Positions 59,174 through 64,000 of a stretch of 64,000 bases of DNA are shown here, piece by piece; the first letter of the stretch is position 1; each line of letters begins with the position of its first letter. The notes under the pieces were generated by a model. The model saw only the letters and a list, made by a program, of their open reading frames with translations, ran no database searches and had not been told where the DNA came from. The position numbers and the translations under genes are program-made. This stretch comes from an uncultured bacterium. GTDB lineage: Bacteria; Krumholzibacteriota; Krumholzibacteriia; Krumholzibacteriales; Krumholzibacteriaceae. The stretch is from contig CAZREW010000017.1 in the NCBI GenBank assembly GCA_964599375.1, positions 3,926-67,925 of the forward strand, read 5' to 3'.

Positions 59174-60622
59174 TTGTCCGGAATCAGAGTCAGATTCGCT
59201 CCCAGCCCGACGGGGCTTCTTCATATCGGCGGGGCGAGGACCGCCCTTTTCAACTGGCTCTTCGCTAGGCACGAGGGTGGCGCATTCGTACTGAGGATCG
59301 AGGACACCGATGTCGAGCGTTCGAGCGGAGAGCTCGAGCGGAGCCTGCTCGACGACATCAGGTGGCTCGGCCTCGAATGGGACGAGGGCCCCGGCACACC
59401 GGGAAAGTACGGCCCCTATCGGCAGTCCGAGCGGACCGGTACTTACAGGGAATACGCGGAAAGGCTCGTCGATGCGGGCAGGGCCTATCCCTGTTTCTGC
59501 ACCGAAAAGGAGCTGAAGGAGAAGCGTGAGGGGGCCAGAGCCGAGGGCCGCCCCCCGAGGTACGACGGGAAATGCCGCGGCCTCAGCGAGGAGGAGCGCG
59601 CGGCGAAGAGGGCTGCGGGCCTGCCGGAGAGCGTAAGGTTCCGCGTCGAGGGAGACGCGGCGTGGACGGTCGAGGATATGGCCAGGGGGGGCGTCGAGTT
59701 CCCCGCCGACATGGTCGGCGATTTCGTCATACTGCGCTCCAACGGGATGCCGACTTACAATTTCGCCGCTGCTGTCGACGACGGGCTGATGGGGATCACA
59801 CACGTTATCAGGGGAGCGGAGCACCTTTCGAACACGGTCCGCCAGCTCCTCGTGTACGAAGCGTTCGATATGCCCGCTCCGCGATTCGCGCACATACCGC
59901 TGATACTGGGGAGCGACAGGTCGAAGCTAAGCAAGCGGCACGGCGCCCCGAACATTGCGGACTATAGAGAGAGAGGATACCCGGCAGAGGCCCTTATCAA
60001 CTATCTCGCTTTTCTCGGATGGTCGACAAAGGGCAAGGACGAGATAATGCAGGTCGGCGCGCTGATCGCCGAATTCGACCTGTCGCGCGTATCGGACAGC
60101 CCGAGTATCTTCGACGAGGACAAGCTGGATTGGATCAGCGCTAACCATATCCGCCGCGGAGGGTCGGGCCGTTATCTCGACCAGGCGATGCCGTTCTTCC
60201 CGGAGCCGATGCGTGAAAGGTACAACCGCGAAGAGCTGGGCAGGATATTCGATATCGTTTCGGAGAACCTGCCATGCTTCGGGGACCTCCAGTCCGGAGC
60301 CGCGGCGTTCATGCCGGGGCCTCCCGCGTACGGCGAAGAAGCCGCCGGGGGGATGGCCGGGGCGGCTGTGCTTCTCGGGGCGCTCAGGGACGGGCTCAGG
60401 GGACTGACCGACTGGAGCGCGGACACGTTGAGGGCCGCGATAAAGAGTATAGGAAAAGAGACCGGAGTGAAGGGCAAAGGGCTCTATATGCCGCTCAGGA
60501 TAGCCGTCACCGGCGCAGCGCACGGGCCGGACCTCACGTCGATACTCGTCATAAGAGGGAGAAAGGACGTGATCGGTTCGATAGGCGAGGCTATCAGGTC
60601 GATTTCGAGGCAGGGGGGATGA
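59174..60622 (+). CDS. gltX: glutamate--tRNA ligase
   Basis: HIGG (HIGH) motif in PSPTGLLHIGGART. KMSKS-like KLSKR. The anticodon-binding domain follows. Confidence 0.9.
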   Translation: MSGIRVRFAPSPTGLLHIGGARTALFNWLFARHEGGAFVLRIEDTDVERSSGELERSLLDDIRWLGLEWDEGPGTPGKYGPYRQSERTGTYREYAERLVDAGRAYPCFCTEKELKEKREGARAEGRPPRYDGKCRGLSEEERAAKRAAGLPESVRFRVEGDAAWTVEDMARGGVEFPADMVGDFVILRSNGMPTYNFAAAVDDGLMGITHVIRGAEHLSNTVRQLLVYEAFDMPAPRFAHIPLILGSDRSKLSKRHGAPNIADYRERGYPAEALINYLAFLGWSTKGKDEIMQVGALIAEFDLSRVSDSPSIFDEDKLDWISANHIRRGGSGRYLDQAMPFFPEPMRERYNREELGRIFDIVSENLPCFGDLQSGAAAFMPGPPAYGEEAAGGMAGAAVLLGALRDGLRGLTDWSADTLRAAIKSIGKETGVKGKGLYMPLRIAVTGAAHGPDLTSILVIRGRKDVIGSIGEAIRSISRQGG

Positions 60623-61653
60623 TGAGCAGAAAAAAAGGGATTAACGTGGCGGTCCTTATGGGAGGGCTGTCGGAAGAGAGGGAAGTATCCCTGGTCAGCG
60701 GCCAGGGTGTCCTCGAGGCGCTTCGCAGGAGGGGGCACGAGGCCTGTCCAGTCGACCCGGCGATCCCGGCCGAGGAGCAGTCGGATTCCTGCCACGCCGT
60801 TATAGGCGACGCTCCCCCGGAGGCGATCCCTCCACTTCCGCCCGAGAAGGTCTTCGAGTGGCTCAAGCTTCCGAGGATACTCGAGGCGGATCTCGTATTC
60901 ATCGGGCTCCACGGGGGGGCTGGAGAGGACGGCACCGTGCAGGCGCTCCTCGATACTGCCGGCAAGGCGTACACCGGCACCGGCATACTGGGCAGCGCGC
61001 TCGCGATGAACAAGGACAGGGCCAAGGCTCTCTTCAACGAGGCGGGCGTCCAGACCGCGCCGCACCTGCTGACCGCCGGTAACGGGGATGTCGAGCTTCA
61101 CCGGGTGATCGAGACGATAGAGACCGGCATCGGGTTCCCCGTCGTGATCAAACCGAACGACCAGGGCTCGAGCGTCGGTTTCTCCTTCGTAAGGAAGGCG
61201 GCGGAGCTGCCCGGCGCTCTTGCCGCGTCGGCGAGGTTCGGCGCCGAGCTCATAGTAGAGAAATACGTACCGGGTAGGGAGGTCACCGCCGCCGTTCTCG
61301 AAGGCGAGGCCCTTCCACTCGTCGAGATAATCCCGGAAGGCGGGTTTTACGACTACACGAGGAAATATACGAAGGGAACGAGCAGGTACGAGGTCCCCGC
61401 GAAGATCGACAGGCGGATCAGCGACCGGATAAAACGCGAGGCGATCCTTGCGTACCACGCGCTGGGCTGCAGGGATTACGCGAGAGTCGATTTCAGGCTG
61501 AACGGGGAGGGAGAACCATACTGCCTCGAGGTCAACACGCTGCCGGGGATGACAGAGCTGAGCCTGGTTCCGATGGCGGCGGCCGAGGTGGGCCTGCCGT
61601 TCGATGAGCTTGTCGAGAGGATATGCCTTATGGCCCTCGAGAGGGTCAGATAG
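60619..61653 (+). CDS. ddl: D-alanine--D-alanine ligase
   Basis: ATGA overlap with gltX. N-terminal domain plus ATP-grasp (IGFPVVIKPNDQGSSVG, EVNTLPGMT). The long ORF 60274 is an out-of-frame 5' extension. Confidence 0.9.
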   Translation: MMSRKKGINVAVLMGGLSEEREVSLVSGQGVLEALRRRGHEACPVDPAIPAEEQSDSCHAVIGDAPPEAIPPLPPEKVFEWLKLPRILEADLVFIGLHGGAGEDGTVQALLDTAGKAYTGTGILGSALAMNKDRAKALFNEAGVQTAPHLLTAGNGDVELHRVIETIETGIGFPVVIKPNDQGSSVGFSFVRKAAELPGALAASARFGAELIVEKYVPGREVTAAVLEGEALPLVEIIPEGGFYDYTRKYTKGTSRYEVPAKIDRRISDRIKREAILAYHALGCRDYARVDFRLNGEGEPYCLEVNTLPGMTELSLVPMAAAEVGLPFDELVERICLMALERVR

Positions 61654-61665
61654 CGAGGGGAAGAT

Positions 61666-62727
61666 ATGGACCGGATTGAGACACTTCTGAAGGAATTCAC
61701 CGAGGCGGCCGGAGTCTCCGGCGCCGAGGGCGATGTCTTCGCCCTGATGCGCAAGCACCTTGGGGATATCACGGAGGTCAGCGGCGACCGTCTCGGATCG
61801 TTCATAGGGAAGCTTTCTCAGGGCAAGGTGGCTCCCAGGATAATGCTGACCGCCCACATGGACGAGATCGGGCTGATGGTCTCTCACTTCACCGGGAATT
61901 TCGTGAGGTTCAACGCACTCGGCGGGTGGTGGGCACCGAGGCTGATCGGCCTGCCCGTGAGGATAATCACGAGAAAAGGCGATATCCCAGGGGTCGTCGC
62001 CACGCAATCCCCGTTCCTGGTCGAGAAGGAGGAGAGGGACAAACCGGTCAAGCCGAAGGACATGTTCATCGACGTTGGGCTTATCGGGAAGAAGAAGCCG
62101 GAAGACCTCGGCATCAGACCTGGCGATCCCGTCGTCCCGGTCTTTCCCTTCACCGCGCTCAGCGGCGGGAAGACATACATGGCAAAGGCGTGGGATGACC
62201 GTCTGGGCTGCGCGGTGATCGTAGAGGTCATGCGGAAGCTGTCGAAGATGAAGCTGCCTTGCGGAGTGTACGCGGTCGGCACGGTGCAGGAGGAGGTCGG
62301 CATAAGAGGCGCGGTGACGAGCGGACACGCCGTCTCTCCCGACGTCTGCTTCGCGGTCGATGTCAACATCGCAAGGGACCTTCCCGGCTCTCCCGATGGA
62401 GAGCCCGAGAAGCTCGGAGGGGGAGTGTCGATATGCGTCTTCGATGCGACGCTCATCCCCAATACAAAACTGAGAGACCTCGTGGCCGACGTAGCCGATC
62501 GCGGGAAGATCCCCTACCATTTCAGCGCGGTCCCCTTCGGCGGTACCGACGGAGGGCGGATCCATCTGAACGAATCGGGAGTCCCGACTCTCGTCATAGG
62601 GATCCCGACACGCTATATACACAGTGCCGCCGGGATAGTGCACAGGAAAGATTTCGACAGCGCGGTAAAGCTGCTCGTCGAGGTGACGAGAGCCCTGGAC
62701 GCGAAGACAGTCGCCGGCCTCTATTGA
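61666..62727 (+). CDS. M42 family aminopeptidase (FrvX-like)
   Basis: LTAHMDEIGLMV, the AWDDRLGC metal-binding segment, and the C-terminal GGTDGG. Confidence 0.85.
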   Translation: MDRIETLLKEFTEAAGVSGAEGDVFALMRKHLGDITEVSGDRLGSFIGKLSQGKVAPRIMLTAHMDEIGLMVSHFTGNFVRFNALGGWWAPRLIGLPVRIITRKGDIPGVVATQSPFLVEKEERDKPVKPKDMFIDVGLIGKKKPEDLGIRPGDPVVPVFPFTALSGGKTYMAKAWDDRLGCAVIVEVMRKLSKMKLPCGVYAVGTVQEEVGIRGAVTSGHAVSPDVCFAVDVNIARDLPGSPDGEPEKLGGGVSICVFDATLIPNTKLRDLVADVADRGKIPYHFSAVPFGGTDGGRIHLNESGVPTLVIGIPTRYIHSAAGIVHRKDFDSAVKLLVEVTRALDAKTVAGLY

Positions 62728-62755
62728 CCGGCCGGCGGGAGGAAGGAACGGACCG

Positions 62756-64000
62756 ATGTCACTGCAGGTCTATAACAGGTACAAGGGAAGAAAAGAGGAA
62801 TTCAAGCCGGTCCACGAAGGGAAGGTCGGTATCTATTTCTGCGGGATGACCGTTCAGGACAAGCCTCACATGGGGCACATGCTCGCCTTCGTCGCCGGCG
62901 ATATGATCAGGCGATACCTGAGATTCAAGGGGTTCGGCGTTACGTACGTCCAGAACTTCACCGATGTTGACGACAAGATCATATCGAAGGCGAACGATGA
63001 GGGCATCGATTTCACCGAGGTCGCCCGCAGAAACATAGACGAGTATTTCAAGTTTGCCGGCGAGCTTAACATCATGCCCGCGGATATCTACCCGAAGGCC
63101 ACCGAGCACATCGACGACATCATCGCCCTGATAAGGGAGCTCGAGGAGAAAGGGTACGCCTATAAAGGAGGCAGCGACGTCTATTATCGGGTAAGGAAAT
63201 TCCCCGCCTACGGAAAGCTATCCGGCAGGGTGATCGACGACCTGCAGTCGGGAACGAGGATAGAGGTAGGCGAGGAAAAGGAGGATCCCCTCGACTTCAC
63301 TCTCTGGAAGGGAGCGAAAGAGGGTGAGCCGGCGTGGGATTCGCCGTGGGGTCCCGGCCGGCCCGGGTGGCACATAGAGTGTTCGGTGATGTCGATGAAA
63401 TATCTCGGAGAGACCCTCGACATGCACGGGGGCGGGATGGATCTCGTATTCCCCCATCACGAGAACGAGATCGCACAGAGCGAGGCGGCAACGGGCCGAG
63501 AGTACGTCAGGTACTGGATGCATAACGGTCTTCTCAATCTCAGCGGCGAGAAGATGTCGAAGTCGACGGGGCATTTCTTCCTGATAGAGGACATACTGAA
63601 GGAGTTCTCAGGCGAAGTCGTGAGGTTCTACTTCCTTTCGACGCATTTCCGCAGCAACAGCGAGTTCGGGCGCGAGCGTCTCGCGGAGGCGGCCGCCGGG
63701 TTCGAGCGTATACGCGATTTCTGCGCGAGGCTCGCCGAGGCGCGAGGAGCATCCAGCCAGGAAGAGGGGCGCGACGGAAAGATCGACGCTCTCGCCGCCC
63801 AGGTCCGGGAGGATTTCATGGCCTCCATGGACGACGATTTCAACAGCGCCGAGGCGATCGGGCATATATTCCGGCTGATCCGCGAGGTGAACATTATCAC
63901 GGGCGGGAATATCATGAGGCTGGCCGGTTCGCCCGGGACGCTCGACTCCCTGCTCGGGGACCTGCAGACGTACGATTCGATACTGGGCCTCTTCGCCGGC
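62756..64000 (+). CDS. cysS: cysteine--tRNA ligase (5' portion, runs off the window)
   Basis: GGGAGGAAGG RBS. CGMTVQDKPHMGHM contains the HIGH-class HMGH motif. KMSKS is present at ~63550. There is no stop before nt 64000, so it is absent from the ORF track. Confidence 0.9.
   Translation, partial: MSLQVYNRYKGRKEEFKPVHEGKVGIYFCGMTVQDKPHMGHMLAFVAGDMIRRYLRFKGFGVTYVQNFTDVDDKIISKANDEGIDFTEVARRNIDEYFKFAGELNIMPADIYPKATEHIDDIIALIRELEEKGYAYKGGSDVYYRVRKFPAYGKLSGRVIDDLQSGTRIEVGEEKEDPLDFTLWKGAKEGEPAWDSPWGPGRPGWHIECSVMSMKYLGETLDMHGGGMDLVFPHHENEIAQSEAATGREYVRYWMHNGLLNLSGEKMSKSTGHFFLIEDILKEFSGEVVRFYFLSTHFRSNSEFGRERLAEAAAGFERIRDFCARLAEARGASSQEEGRDGKIDALAAQVREDFMASMDDDFNSAEAIGHIFRLIREVNIITGGNIMRLAGSPGTLDSLLGDLQTYDSILGLFAG

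Noticed and set aside
60484-62643. 719-aa minus-strand ORF across ddl and the M42 peptidase
   Set aside because: It overlaps two clearly identified + strand housekeeping genes and has no recognisable domain of its own.
1-64000. Search for CRISPR arrays, tRNA/rRNA genes, and transposases or integrases
   Set aside because: There are no regularly spaced repeats, no tRNA-like cloverleaf candidates in any intergenic spacer (all shorter than 400 nt and inspected), and no DDE or tyrosine-recombinase signatures. The only mobile-looking content is the compositionally atypical fic gene.

Overview
The window is high-GC (about 65-68%) bacterial chromosomal DNA, probably from an uncultured lineage. Coding density is about 90% and nearly all credible genes lie on the + strand, often with ATGA/TGATG overlaps that mark operons. 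Most of the long minus-strand ORFs in the track are antisense artefacts of high GC. Only three minus-strand genes look real: a Mut7-C protein, a CPBP protease and an RqcH/NFACT protein.

The right half (38.6-64 kb) is a conserved housekeeping block: rho, rpmE, a DUF1385 gene, prfA, prmC, murA, selB, ispG, rqcH, yicC, gmk, rpoZ, coaBC, a family-4 UDG, dnaB, mlaEFD, ispD, ispF, gltX, ddl, an M42 peptidase and partial cysS.

The left half is accessory or regulatory and holds the interesting content:
- (a) At the 5' edge, a self-contained module with an sigma70 promoter (extended -10), an HTH_XRE domain fused to a zeta-toxin-like P-loop kinase, a translationally coupled 64-aa ORF, and a terminator.
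- (b) A giant 1619-aa NtrY-like sensor kinase.
- (c) A DUF4159-like gene followed by a low-GC class-II Fic gene insertion.
- (d) A tightly coupled 4-gene operon: a 1105-aa double-TM hyper-acidic coiled-coil protein, a TPR protein, a secreted GATase1-like protein and a GNAT-nitroreductase fusion.
- (e) A small Bud32/RIO-like atypical kinase coupled to thiL and two genes upstream of tsaD.
- (f) A five-gene c-di-GMP/two-component cluster: REC-GGDEF with GGDDF, a soluble HK, two tandem paralogous multi-TM HK-GAF-HD-GYP fusion proteins, and a CheY-like REC.

I consider (f), (e), (a) and (d) the strongest candidates for undescribed biology. I found no rRNA, tRNA, CRISPR array or transposase.
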